Assembly: GCA_009914755.4 (NCBI GenBank)
Contig: CP068257.2
Location: forward strand, 36,672,001 to 36,736,000
Direction of reading: 5' to 3'
DNA from: the human T2T-CHM13v2.0 reference genome, Homo sapiens
DNA length: 64,000 nt
Shown here piece by piece: positions 40,312-51,492 of this stretch. The notes under the pieces are model-generated. The model had not been told where the DNA came from and ran no database searches. It saw nothing but the letters and a program-made list of their open reading frames with translations. Every line of letters begins with the position of its first letter. Within the stretch, counting starts at the first letter, position 1. Position numbers and translations under genes: made by a program.

Positions 40312-41357
40312 CTGTAAAGCTTAAATATTTATAAAGATTGTATAATATTTTCTAGCTCACAATTGACTGTTAGCTATTATTATTTCATTATTCTCTCAGC
40401 CTACTTTCACAGAGGCTCTCCAACACAGAGCTCCTCAAAACTTTTGACAATACAGATGAATTACCTGGCAATTGTGTTTAAATTCAATTTCTGATTCAAA
40501 AAGTCTGCCATGGGCCTAAGACTGCATTTATGAAATCTTTTAGGGTATGTCTGTGCTGCTGGTGCTCAGATCACACTTTGAGAAGCAAGACTGTGGGACC
40601 CTCTGGGTCTGTTTCCTGCTAGTTCAGCCTTCTAGCTGGTGGATTTGCACTAATAGTATGCCCCAACCTTCTCGTTATACTCATGGAAGCTCTTTCCTAC
40701 AGTCAGACTGTCCTTACATCCAGCAGCATATTCATGAAATTCTAATTCCTGGGCTTAGCCAGTGACTCAGACCCTCCTTCTCCAGGTCTAATGGATGTCA
40801 CTGTCAATCACAATGTCACCCTCAAAGGCCCACGGTCTAGCCTAGTCAGAGGGAACTGGATGTACAGAAAGACAGGTATATGGAAGAAATCTGGGGCTTT
40901 TTGAGGATTTCATTCAAAGCAGGATGCAAAGGTTCATATACTTCAGGACTGGAGCCACTTGGGGGCCTTGGTCTCAGGATGATGTATGTTATGATAACCC
41001 CCAGGACTAGAATCCATTAATTCCCTTGATCCAGCACTGTGCTCCAGCCCTGGGACAGGCTTAAAGTTTGTCCTGACCCAGTTCATCTCATCTGCCTGCC
41101 TGTACTTCTGTCAGCTGCCTGTGCCAGATGTTTTATTCCCCTCCTTCCACTTGTGAAGAAGCTCAAAACCTGCGATGAGCTCTACTTCCTTCCAAGGCCA
41201 GTCTTGCCTTCACATACCTCTTCCCCTTCTTCTCCCTGTACTCTCTCCACTGGGTCTCCCCACACTCTTGCCCCCCAGTCCTGTGCTTTGCTCTCCATGT
41301 TGCTGAAGTTCACGTTCTTTCCTTCCAGATTGTACCCTCAATTCCTCTCAATCGATT

Positions 41358-44130
41358 TTGTGTTGCGTGACTACCATACAGTAGGTAATTCATAATGAAA
41401 AGATATTTATAAAATTTATTCTCACAGCTCTGAAGTCTAGGAAGTCCAATGTCAAGGTGCTGGCATCTGGTGAGTGCCTTCATGCTGTGTCATCCCCAGG
41501 CAGAGGACAAGAGAGCAAAAGAGAAGGAGATGGCCAAACTTGCTTTTATAACAAACCCACTCTCATGATAACTAACCTACTCCTGCAATAATGACATTAT
41601 TCTATTCATGATGGTGAAGCCTTCATGGCTTAATCACCTCTTAATGGTCCCACCTCTTAATACCATCACAATGGCCATTACATTTCAACACAAGTTTTGG
41701 AAGTGCAGTGTTTTGATTATTTGTCCCCTTCAAAAAGTATGTTGAAAAGTCTCAATGTAGCAGTATTAATAGGTGGGGCCTTTAAGAGGTCAGTGAGTCA
41801 TGCGGGTTCTGCCTTCATGAGATTAATCCATACATGAATTAATGGATTAATGGGCTATCACAGGAATGAGTCTGTTTAAAAGCCAGCGTGGCTCTCATTT
41901 TCACACCCTTGCCATGTGATGTCTTGAGCCATACTGGGATTCTCCAGAGAGTCCCCACCAGCAAGAAGGCCTTCGCCAGATGTGGCCACTCAACCTTGGA
42001 TTTCCTCAGAACTGTAAGAAATGAATTTATTTTCTTTATAAATTATCCAGTCTCAGTTATTCAATTTTAGCAACAGAAAACAGAGTAAGGCAGGAGGGGG
42101 ACATTCAAACCACAGCATTCCAACCACGGCCCCCCCAAAACTAATGTTTTTCTGACATACAAAATGCATTCATTCTATCTTGATGCCCCAGAAGTCTTAA
42201 CTCATTTCAGCATCAACTCAAAAGTCCAAAGCCCAGAGTCCCATCTGAATTAGAAATCGGGGAGACTCAAGGCATGATTCATGCTGAGGCAAATTCCTCT
42301 CCAGCTATAAACTGTGAAATTAACAAGCTACATGCTTCCAAAATACAATGGTGGGACAGACATAAGATAGACATTCCCATTCCAAAAGGGAAGAATAAGC
42401 AAGAAGAAAGAGATAATCTGCTTTGACTCCATGTCCTGGGCACTCTGGGGCAGGAGTTGGGTTCCCAGGAACTCAGGCATCCTTGCTCCTATGGCTTTGC
42501 TGAGTTCAGTCTACCTAGCAGGTCTCACGGGTTGGAGTGTGGCACCAGCAGCTCTCCCAGGTTAATATTTCAAGCTGGTAGCTCTACAGTTCTGGGGTCT
42601 CAGAAATGACCCTGGCTCCACTAGGCACAGCACAGCCCCTGCAGCAGCTCCAACTCCACATTTAGACTCAGCATTGCCCGAATAGAGCTCCCTGTGATGG
42701 CTCTGCCTCCATGACAAGTCTTTGCCTGGGCCCCCAGGTAGACTGTGACAGCCTTTAAAATCTAGGTGGAGGTCACTGTGCCCCACAGCTCTTGCATTCT
42801 ACATGCCTGCAGAATTAGCACCATGTAGATGCTGCCAATGTCTACAGCTTACACCTTTTGGAGCAGTAGATTGAGCCACAACTGGGGCCACTTGAACCAC
42901 AGCTGGAGCAGTGGAGAATCACTGCACCAGGATGTAAAAACAGAGACCCAGTGTGGCCCTGGACAGTGAGCCTGTAGAGGGCATCCAGGCCCATCCCCAA
43001 AAACCATTCTGTCCTCTGAGAGCTCTGGACCTGTCATTGAGGGCAGCTTTGAAGATCTCTGAAATGCCTTTGGGGTCATTCTTCCACTGTCTTGATGAGC
43101 CCTTCCATCTGTACGAGTCTCCTTACCCAACAGTTTGTTGGCCACACCCTTGGTTTCCTCATGTGAACACATTTTCATTCTGTAAATGGTCAGGCTGAAA
43201 ATTTAAAAAATTTTTCTGTTCTGCTTTTGTTTTAAATTATAAATTCCATCTTTAAGTCATTTTTCCCCTCTTGGATCTTACTATATGCAGTTAAAAGTAG
43301 CTGCACAACTCCTCCAATATTTTGCTTAGAAGTTTCTTCTACTGGATATTCTAGTCGGGCACTCTTAAATTCCACCTTCTGTAAATCCCTTGAGCATGGA
43401 CACAATTTGACCACGCTCTTTGCCATTTCATAACAAGGATGCTCTTTACTCCAGTGTCCAAAAAGATACCCTCTTTTTCCACCTGAGACCTCATCAGAAT
43501 GGCCTTTACACTCAGCATTTCTAACAACATTCTGATCATGGCCACTCAAGTAATCTGTAAGAAGTTTCATACTCTCCCTACAGCTCTCCTCTTCTTCTGA
43601 GCCCTCTCCAAAATTGTCCTTACTACTCTGTTTATGGAAATGTAGGCTTTTTCTAGCCTACTCTTCCAAATTTTTTCAACCTCTATCGATTGCCCAGTTC
43701 CAAAGCTACTTTCACATTTTCAGGTATTTGTTATAGTAACAGCCTCAATTCTCAGTACCAACTTTCTAACCATTTTGTGTTTCTATAAACACAGGTTGGG
43801 TAATTTATAAAGAAAAGAAATATATGCTCACAGTTCTGAAGGCTGGGAAGTCCAATATCAAGATGCTGGCATCTGGTAAGGGCCTTTGTGGTGTGTCACC
43901 CCCATGGCAGAAGGTGGAAGGCAAGACAGCATGAGAGAGCAAGAGAGCAAGAGGGGGTCAAATTCACTAGTACAAGCAGCCTACTCTCATGATAACTAAC
44001 CCACTCCGGCAGTAACAACATTATTCAATTCTTGAGGGTGGAGCCCTCGTGGCCTCATCACCTCTAAATACTGTCACACTGGCAATTAAATTTTAACATG
44101 AATTTTGGAGGGGACATTCAAACCACAGCA
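41358..44130 (-). mobile_element. Near-complete ERVL-MaLR element (MST/THE1-like LTR-int-LTR), minus orientation. LTR halves at 41358-41703 plus 42093-42117, internal region 42118 to about 43770, and second LTR at about 43770-44130.
   Basis: Both LTRs share ...TTATAAAGAAAAGAAATATATGCTCACAGTTCTGAAGGCTGGGAAGTCCAATATCAAGATGCTGGCATCTGGTAAGGGCC...CTACTCTCATGATAACTAACCCACTCC...GAGGGTGGAGCCCTCGTGGCCTCATCACCTCTAAATACTGTCACACTGGCAATTAAATTTTAACATGAATTTTGGAGGGGACATTCAAACCACAGCA. This is the reverse complement of an MST-like LTR starting TGTGGTTTGAATGTGTCCCC. The 2.37-kb body between LTRs is typical of MaLR size. A pyrimidine run (complement of a polypurine tract, GGCCCCCCCAAAA) sits just right of the left LTR at 42118. 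ORFs 42562-43570 inside are not supported as genes. Confidence 0.6.
41704..42092 (+). mobile_element. Solo MaLR LTR (MST/MLT-like, plus orientation, TG...CA termini) inserted into the LTR of the minus-strand MaLR element. It is flanked by a 5-bp TSD.
   Basis: TGCAGTGTTTTGATTATTTGTCCCCTTCAAAAAGTATGTTGAAAAGTCTCAATGTAGCAGTATTAATAGGTGGGGCCTTTAAGAGGTCAGTGAGTCATGCGGGTTCTGCCTTCATGAG...GCCATGTGATGTCTTGAGCCATACTGGG...CTCAGAACTGTAAGAAATGAATTTATTTTCTTTATAAATTATCCAGTCTCAGTTATTC...CAGAGTAAGGCA. Direct repeats GGAAG (41699-41703) and GGAGG (42093-42097) flank it. They interrupt a host LTR that is continuous in its sister copy at 44100-44117 (TTTTGGAGGGGACATTC). Confidence 0.65.
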
Positions 44131-46721
44131 CTCTCCAAACCTCTCTTAGCATCTTCTATAAGCCTCTAGTTTACAATATGCCAAATGCCACTATGGCCCC
44201 TTGTTTGAAACATGTTTGTCTCCCCAGTCACTGAGCTTTCTGAAGGCAGCAACAGCCTTTCATCCCAGATCCTCTTTCTGGCTGGACCCCTCCCCTGGCT
44301 CCACCCCAACCTAACATGCCTTCCAGGCACCTGTGTCACTCTGGAGGCGGAAGAGCACAGGCAATTACCTGTGTGATGTGTTTTTCCATCTTTGTTTCAT
44401 TGCCTTCATCAACCTTCTGATTAAGGTAGCCAGAAGCTGCTGTATGATCAAGTGAAAAAATAAAATCTCAGAATTATTAATCACTTCTAATGTGCTGGGC
44501 ACCCTGATAAGAAATTTATGTATGCCAGTTTAATTAATTCTTGCAACTATTATCGCTATTGGATTTCTATCATCTCCACTTTACAGATGCGGAAATGGAA
44601 GCTGAGGGCAGGTAATAGGAATATTGCCTGAGGTTCCACAGCCAGGAAGAGAAGCAGTGGAGCCAGGAGCCCAGCCTCTGTTAACTTCTAGCAAAATGGC
44701 TCAAGGAAATATCAGCACAAACCTGGTTCTTGGCTGGCTTCTCCTTTTCACTGGTGGACAAACTGGTGGAAAAGTGGAGGGTCCTGTTTAAAAGAGAGTA
44801 GTTTAGTTAAATCACTGAGTTTTATTTCCTCCCACCAAACTATGAGTTGTTATGGTAAGATCCCTGAGTCAATGCCAATCTTCTACAGTCCTGGGAGCTT
44901 AAATACACTTGGCAAGCAACACCAAGTTATACAGTTTCCAATACTTAGAGGTATCTGTGAATGCAGATCTTAATGCAGTATATTCTTCTGGGGCTGCATT
45001 TTCTGTCTGAAACAGAGAATGTATCTTAGATGATGTGCTTAGCATAGAACATGCTTCATCTCAGGACTCAGTTAGGATAACAACAAGGCAGGCACATTGG
45101 CCAGTGTCAAGTGTGAAGGTCCAATTTAGGCCCTTACTGTGTTGAAGGCCGCTGGGCAGATGCCAGGACAGACACAGAGGCCAGGCTCCAGCACAGCGTC
45201 AGGGGAAGTCCATGCCAGGGTGTACTTGATCTGATCTCCCACATAACATAAATGATCCTAGAGACGAAGGTCCTGCCAAGAGATCTCCAGGTGACTCCAG
45301 GAGTCCTTGAGGCTGTGAATCTTTGCACCATACTTTAAATTTCTACAAAGCCCCAAATGCCTGTCGCCTCCTCAGCTCCTTTTGTAAAGGAACATGGGTA
45401 AACCATGGACCATTAAGAGTAGACAAAGTTTTGCCAAGTCCTTGGTGCTATGTAGGGAAGAGCTTCTCAGAATGTTCTACTGGGTCCCTCTAGCTGTGGA
45501 GTAGGGCAAATGAGCACCGGGGGTCTGGAGGGATAACCCGAAGCAGCCCCATAACTTGCATGGAATGTTTTTGAAGTCTTGTATTTATCTTAATAATTCA
45601 TGAGAATTTTACATTTCTTTCCATGCTATACCCATGTCTATTTTATATTAAATGTAGCATTAATAATTGCCCGAAACCTGAAAAAAATGGTGCCCCAGAA
45701 AGCTGTACCCACAGTTCTCCTGTAGCTGCCCTGGGGGAACATAGGCCCCAGTTCAAAAGCACCGATGTATGGCATTAATCTCACTGATTATTCTAGAACC
45801 TTCTCTGGCCCACACTTAGAAAAACCACAGGCAGCCAGGGGCTTGAACCTAAGCAACATGCACACAAGTTCAGACCCAACAAAGGGAAGAATTTCCAGGA
45901 GAGATTTGTGCATAGGCTCAAGAAGCCTTTTAGAAAATGAACAAACAAAATATCTCATCATAAGTCAGGGACACCTAATATTTTGGATTCTCTGAACACT
46001 GATGTAGTCTACAGAGATCCTCCTCAGAAAAAAAAAAAAAACCCACAAAACATTTCTTAGGTCTGTGTGTCCTTTAGAGATTTCTAGCGACCTGAGACCA
46101 TCTGTGGGTCCCTAAGAATATAAAGATTCCCACTGAGATCCTTTGTGCAAAGGTCCCTTGTAGAGGGCATATGTTTTCTTTAAATGTTTTGAGCCAACGT
46201 CTAAACATTGAGAAAGTTCACACTGTTGTCTGGATCCTGGAGACTTGACAGCTTTGGACCTACATGATCTCATGGCTCCATGGAGGGGAGGAGCTGCCGC
46301 TGCCCCTGCAGCTGGGATTCCCTGTCCCCTCTGCCACACCACCCCCATTCCTCCTTCACAGAACCCGCCGGCCCCTGTGGCCGCTGAACTGGTGACTTGT
46401 CATGCCATTAGGTCATCGTCGGGGACATCAGGCCCTGACAGTGGCCAAGAGCCATCTGGAGTCCATGCTAGTCATCACGTGCCCCAGCTGACCTTCCACC
46501 CAGACCTGCTGCAGGGCTGTGGCTGGAGAAAAGCTGGGTCAAAGAAGCGGAAGAATCTACAGATACATCCAGTACTAGGAGCATTGGTTGCAGTGGAGGA
46601 GTTCAATTCCCCATACGGGGAATATTCTCCCCACTCCACTTGGAATGGAGCCATGAGGGTGAGTGGAGAGTCAGAGTCTGCCGCAGCCTTGGGGCAGAAA
46701 CAGCTTCCCAGACAACATCGG

Positions 46722-47166
46722 CACCTTCCCTTGGGACGGTGGTGGCTGCAGCAACAAATTAACACAAATAGGGTGACTTAAAACAACAGAAATGTATTGT
46801 CTCACAGTTCTAGAGGCCAGCAATCTGAAGTCACAGGGTCCACAGGGCCATGGCACCCTCTGGAGACTCAAGAGGAGAATCTGCCATTTGCCGCCTCCAG
46901 CTTCTGGTCTCTCCAGGCATCCACTGGCTTGTGGCTGTGTCACTCCAATCTCTTCTTTCTGTCTGTGTTTTCTCTTTTGTCTCTTCTGAAGACTCCTGTC
47001 ATTGGATTTGGGGCCCACCTAATCAATCCAGGATGATCTCATCTGCAGATCCTTCCCTTAATTATATCTGAAAAGATGTTTTTTTTCCAGATGAAGTCAC
47101 ATTCACAGGTACTCGGGATTAGGACTCGGACGTATCTTTTGGGGGTCACCATTCAACCCACTACCC
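46722..47166 (-). mobile_element. ERVL-MaLR LTR, MLT1-type, minus orientation
   Basis: GCTGCAGCAACAAATTAACACAAATAGGGTGACTTAAAACAACAGAAATGTATTGTCTCACAGTTCTAGAGGCCAGCAATCTGAAGTCACAGGGTC...GGCTTGTGGCTGTGTCACTCCAATCTCTTCTTTCTGTCTGTGTTTTCTC...GGATTTGGGGCCCACCTAATCAATCCAGGATGATCTCATCTGCAGATCCTTCCC...GTCACATTCACAGGTACTCGGGATTAGGACTCGGACGTATCTTTTGGGGGTCACCATTCAACCCACTACC. ORFs 46792-47071 are LTR-derived artefacts. Confidence 0.65.
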
Positions 47167-47936
47167 AGCTTCTTAGCCACTGGCATACGTCATAGGCAAC
47201 AGCAGCCCCTAATAACAAGTATCAGTCATGGTGGTGGCTTTGCCGGTGTTCATGGTAAAAAGTGCCCTCCATGAGCCAGACCTGAGTGGGGAGGAGAATA
47301 CAGAACCACATCGCAACTTGACTTGGATGCCCTTGGTAATGAGCATGAGAGCCCAACCGGAGGACACCAAGAGGTCTCTGGGAGAGATGGAGGCACATGA
47401 AAGAGGTCCTGGAAGAGTCAGTAGGGGCTGAGCCTGATTTTTTTTTAACATGCTGTGACCTATTTGCACCCCAAGGCTGCTGAGGCCTGGGGAAGTGCTT
47501 AATTTGCACAGCTGCATCCTCATGAGAGCCCTGGTCTCATCTGAGTCCACCTGCCCATGCCCCAAATCCAAACCAGTGTGTTCCACTCTCATGCTCTGCC
47601 AACCAGTATGAGGTGAGCCATCCAACACTCACTGAGCATTTCCCGTGTGAAGTTCCCATGCTGGGGTACCCCTCTCCCTAGAGCTCTAGATGGAGAGACA
47701 GAGAGGCATTCTCCAATCACCTGGGAAAAGTCAGTTAGGTGTGGATGCCAGAGGTTTTCATCGTCCTATTCCTGTCCCTTATTTAAAAAGTGAGTGGGCT
47801 CTGTGTTCACTGTCCCCTGGTGGGATGCAGTAGAAATAAAGGCAGAAATTGCCCAGCTTTGGTCTTCTGGAAGTCTAAGCCCCTGGGGGATTTCAGAGAA
47901 TCTACTGAGCTGGCAAAATAAAAGGGCTTAGGGGTA

Positions 47937-48308
47937 TGTATTAGCCCATTATTGCTATAAAGAACTACCTGAAACTGGGTAATTGATTAAGAAAAGAGGT
48001 TTAATTGATTCAGTTCTGCAGGCTTAACAGGAAGCATGACTGGGAGGCCTCAAGAAACTTACAATCATGGCGGAAGGTGAAGGGGAAGCACGTTTTACCA
48101 TAGTGGAGCAGGAGAGAGAGAGAGACAAGGGGAAAGTGCCACACACTTTTAAATGATCAGATCTCATGAGAACTCACTATCACGAGAACAACAAAAGGGG
48201 AAGTCCACCCCCCGTGAGCCAATCACCTCCCACCAGGTCCCTCTCTCAACACTGGAGATTACAACTCAACATGAGATTTGGATGGGGACACAGAACCAAA
48301 TCAGATCA
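47937..48308 (-). mobile_element. ERVL-MaLR LTR, THE1/MST-like, minus orientation. Flank to the right shows a PPT-complement (AATTTTCCCCAGG), suggesting MaLR internal sequence.
   Basis: TGTATTAGCCCATTATTGCTATAAAGAACTACCTGAAACTGGGTAATTGATTAAGAAAAGAGGTTTAATTGATTCAGTTCTGCAGGCTTAACAGGAAGCATGACTGGGAGGCCTCAAGAAACTTACAATCATGGCGGAAGGTGAAGGGGAAGCACG...CTCACTATCACGAGAACAACAAAAGGGGAAGTCCACCCCCCGTGAGCCAATCACCTCCCACCAGGTCCCTCTCTCAACACTGGAGATTACAACTCAACATGAGATTTGGATGGGGACACAGAACCAAATCAGATCA. This is a near-perfect reverse-complement match to the THE1 consensus. ORFs 48166-48475 are LTR-derived. Confidence 0.8.
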
Positions 48309-48675
48309 GAGTAGAAACAAAAAATACTGGACCAATAAACAGAAGGAACATTTCCCCAGATCAGGCAATTTTCCCCAGGTCAGGGAGATATTCTCCTGGG
48401 GTGTGGGGAGGAGACTGGGATAGCTCAGCAAGGTCCCAGGAAGGCGGCAGCTGCCTGGTCCTCTTAGGTACTTGAGAAAGGTATCTTCACCCCAAATGGG
48501 GCTTTGAACCTCAGGCCTAATTGCCCCAAGGGCCAGTCAATGGACTGTAATGTATATAGACTGATGATGAGGCCCAATGAGGACCAGAGGATCCACTCCT
48601 GCCCCCACCCCACTCAGCAGTTCCACAACCTACATATGTCCCTGAGACCATGATCTGGTCACAGAGTAAGGAAAG

Positions 48676-49057
48676 TGCCTTGGTTTGCTAGGGCTGCCCC
48701 AACAATTCCACAGACTGGGTGGCTTCAACAACAGACTTTTTTTTTTGTAGCACTTCTAGAGGTCAGAAGTCCAAGATCAAGGTGTCACTTGGCTATTTCT
48801 GAGGCCTCTCTCCTTGGCTTGTGGATGACTGTCTTCTGCCTGTGTCTTCACATGGGCTTCTCTCTGTGCCTGTCTGTGTCCTAATATCCTCATTACAACA
48901 CTGATCATATGGATTTAGGGCCCACTCTAATGATCTCATAGTAACTTAATTGCCTCTTTAGTGGTCCTGTCTCCAAATACCATCACATTCGGAGGTACTG
49001 GAAGTTAGAACTTCAACAGAAGAATTTTAGGAGTCCGAATTCAGCCCTTTACAAAGA
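48676..49057 (-). mobile_element. ERVL-MaLR LTR, MLT1-type, minus orientation
   Basis: TGCCTTGGTTTGCTAGGGCTGCCCCAACAATTCCACAGACTGGGTGGCTTCAACAACAGACTTTTTTTTTTGTAGCACTTCTAGAGGTCAGAAGTCCAAGATCAAGGTGTCACTTGGC...TGTGTCTTCACATGGGCTTCTCTCTGTGCCTGTCTGTGTCC...GATTTAGGGCCCACTCTAATGATCTCATAGTAACTTAATTGCCTCTTTAGTGGTCCTGTCTCCAAATACCATCACATTCGGAGGTACTGGAAGTTAGAACTTCAACAG. ORF 48675-48884 is an artefact. Confidence 0.65.
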
Positions 49058-51229
49058 GGAACTTTCAGGAAATGATCCAGCTTGGTGAAGAAATGGTTCT
49101 CTTGAAATAAAATTTAAGTAAATAAAAAACACAGATTTCTCTTTTGTACACACCTCGGGATGTGGACTGATTCATGCCTACTGGCCCCCACAGGTGCCTT
49201 TTCCCCAGGCAGGAAGGTACAGATCCTGGGAGGGGCATGATTGTGTTTTTGTTTTTTATTTTTTAAAGGAAATCTCCAGGTGATTTTCAGTCCCTCCCAC
49301 AGAGGCCCACTGCTGTGCCAAGTGGGCACAGGGCAAATCCCAAAGCTCTTGCTCAGTTATAAGACAAATAGTCAGTAGGTGCCTTCTATAGGCGAAGCGT
49401 TGTGCAAGGCACCTGGAGGAAAACTAAAGTATGTGGCCTGCCCTTACCTGTTATATACAGCAAGGCGCTCGGTCAAAGCAAAGAAAGCCCAAAGGCATTC
49501 CCAAGCTTGGTGCTCCAGACCTCCCTGTGCACTCACATGCCTGCGCTCTTTACTCTCATCCAGGTTCTTTCTCCCTCCCTAGATCTGCTAAGAAGTGTAT
49601 ATGGATGGGTCACCTTTTCCAAAGAAGGGTGGGAACGTCCTCCCATCAAGGGAAACAAGTGTCCTGTGGTGGCAAGGAATAAGGAGAGTGAGGAATATGA
49701 CTTTGTGGCAAATGCTTTAACTTGGACGTAAGAGCTAAGTCTGGCATTGCTGCAATTGAATGGATACTATTGTCCCAACTTTGCAGAAGACTCTGCGTAT
49801 CTTACTTTGGGATCCCCTGAAAGTGGACCTTTGGACAAAGATTTTCTATGCAAGCAGTTTCTTGGGCAGGGATCCAGGAAGCACAGTGAGGGAGAGGGGA
49901 ACAAGTGCTGGGAAGGGGAGGGGATCAGTAGAGGACACGCTAGTGAGTGGGCTACTGCTGCAGGCGCATGGGGCTCAGTCCCAGTGGGGACTCTGAAGCC
50001 TAGGGCCATGAGCTCAAGTAAGCATGCATTGGAATAAGGAGAATGCCCAGACCTTGTAGGATTGTTGGTCATAGAGTCTGAATTGACATTGATAGCTGGG
50101 GACATACGGGAGCCAGGTAATACATGGAGTCCTGGCCCAGGTCTAGCTTACAGTGGATTTGTTTGACTCATAGACCACTGAGTGGTTGTTTTCCTAATCA
50201 CTCAATAGAGAGTTGGAATGAAAATGCTTGGTGGTTGTCAAAAGTCTCACATTGGAACCTTGACCTGTAGCATAAGAGTTTTAATACCGGGGAAAGCCAA
50301 ATAGAAACCCAACCCCTGTCCTTGGTCAAAATAATTTTTAAAAAAACAAAATGCATCCCCAGGAGAACAATGGAGCTTAGTGGTACCAGCAAAAATTTGA
50401 AGAAGGCAAGGGTGGTATCATTGCCATATCCCAATTTAATCTGTTAGGGAAGCAGGAGCCCAGGCGAGCCAAAGTGACACCATTTTTAAATCAATTCCAT
50501 CTTAAAACTGGCAAGGCATATTTCTTGCCAGTCACGACCCATGGTCCTGAGATGTTTACAGCTAAGGAAGCAGCTTAGTGATGCTACAAGGACACACTCC
50601 TACAACAACAAAAAGTCCAGATGTCCCAATACTCATATATGTTTCCAAGATAATTATAGTTACGCTTTGATGTACTTACACACTAAAATGTCAAGGATAG
50701 TTTTATTTAAATCAATAGAATAATTTTGTCATGCTGTCAGCCCACCCGTATGTGGGCACAACTTGGTTTAGTCTCTACATAGACAAGACCCCTATATAAA
50801 AAATTAAACTTAAAATAAAGATGATACATTCCTCTGCTTGCTTCCTGAGGAATGTAATGGAGTAGTTTCTAATAAACTTGCTTCTTTCACTGTGCTCTGT
50901 GACTTGCCTTGAATTCTTTCCTGCATGAGATACAAGAATCCTCTTTTGAGATCTGGATTGGGACCCTATTTTCCAGCAACAAATCCATCAGTCTGGCCAC
51001 TACAGAAATCAGAGGGTCATGGAGATGACAACGGGCTATCACAAACTCAAGCAAGTAGTAGCATCCATTGTAGCAAGTGTGCCATACGTGGCAAAGAGAG
51101 ATTAACACAGCCTTTAGAACATGGTGTGCACAGGGGTGCTGCCCTTGACCTGGAAATGTGTACTTTGCCCTATGTATCAGCAAAAAAGACCAGAAGTAGT
51201 TCCCCTTCATGTAGGACTGATATAGATTT

Positions 51230-51492
51230 CTCCTGAGGCCTCTTTCCTTGACTTGCAGACAGCCACCTTTTCACTGTTTCCTTACCTGGTCTTTCCTTCG
51301 TGTGCACACATCCTTGGTGCCTCTCCCCCTCCTTATAAGGACATCAGTCATACTGGATTAGTGTGCTACTCTTATAACCTCATTTAATCTTAATTACCTC
51401 TTTAAAGGCCCTATCTTCAAATACGGTCATATTGGAGGTTAAGGCTTCAACCCATGCATTTGAAAGCGGAGGGACAAAATTTAGTCTGTAAG
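51230..51492 (-). mobile_element. Partial MLT1-type MaLR LTR (the 5' half of the LTR, seen as reverse complement)
   Basis: ...CTTATAAGGACATCAGTCATACTGGATTAGTGTGCTACTCTTATAACCTCATTTAATCTTAATTACCTCTTTAAAGGCCCTATCTTCAAATACGGTCATATTGGAGGTTAAGGCTTCAACCCATGCATTTGAAAGCGGAGGGACAAAATTTAGTC. Confidence 0.45.

Noticed and set aside
42562-43570. Several 60-112 aa ORFs inside the MaLR internal region
   Set aside because: MaLR internal sequences are long-decayed gag-like remnants without intact ORFs. These are on mixed strands and frames and are short.
46245-46781. 178-aa ORF (MTALDLHDLMAPWRGGAAAAPAAGIPCPLCHTTPIPPSQNPPAPVAAELV...)
   Set aside because: The sequence is GC-rich and low-complexity (Ala/Pro/Gly-rich). 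It has no domain I recognise, it runs into an MLT1 LTR at its 3' end, and there is no start context or splice evidence. It is most likely a chance ORF in GC-rich, repeat-flanking DNA.
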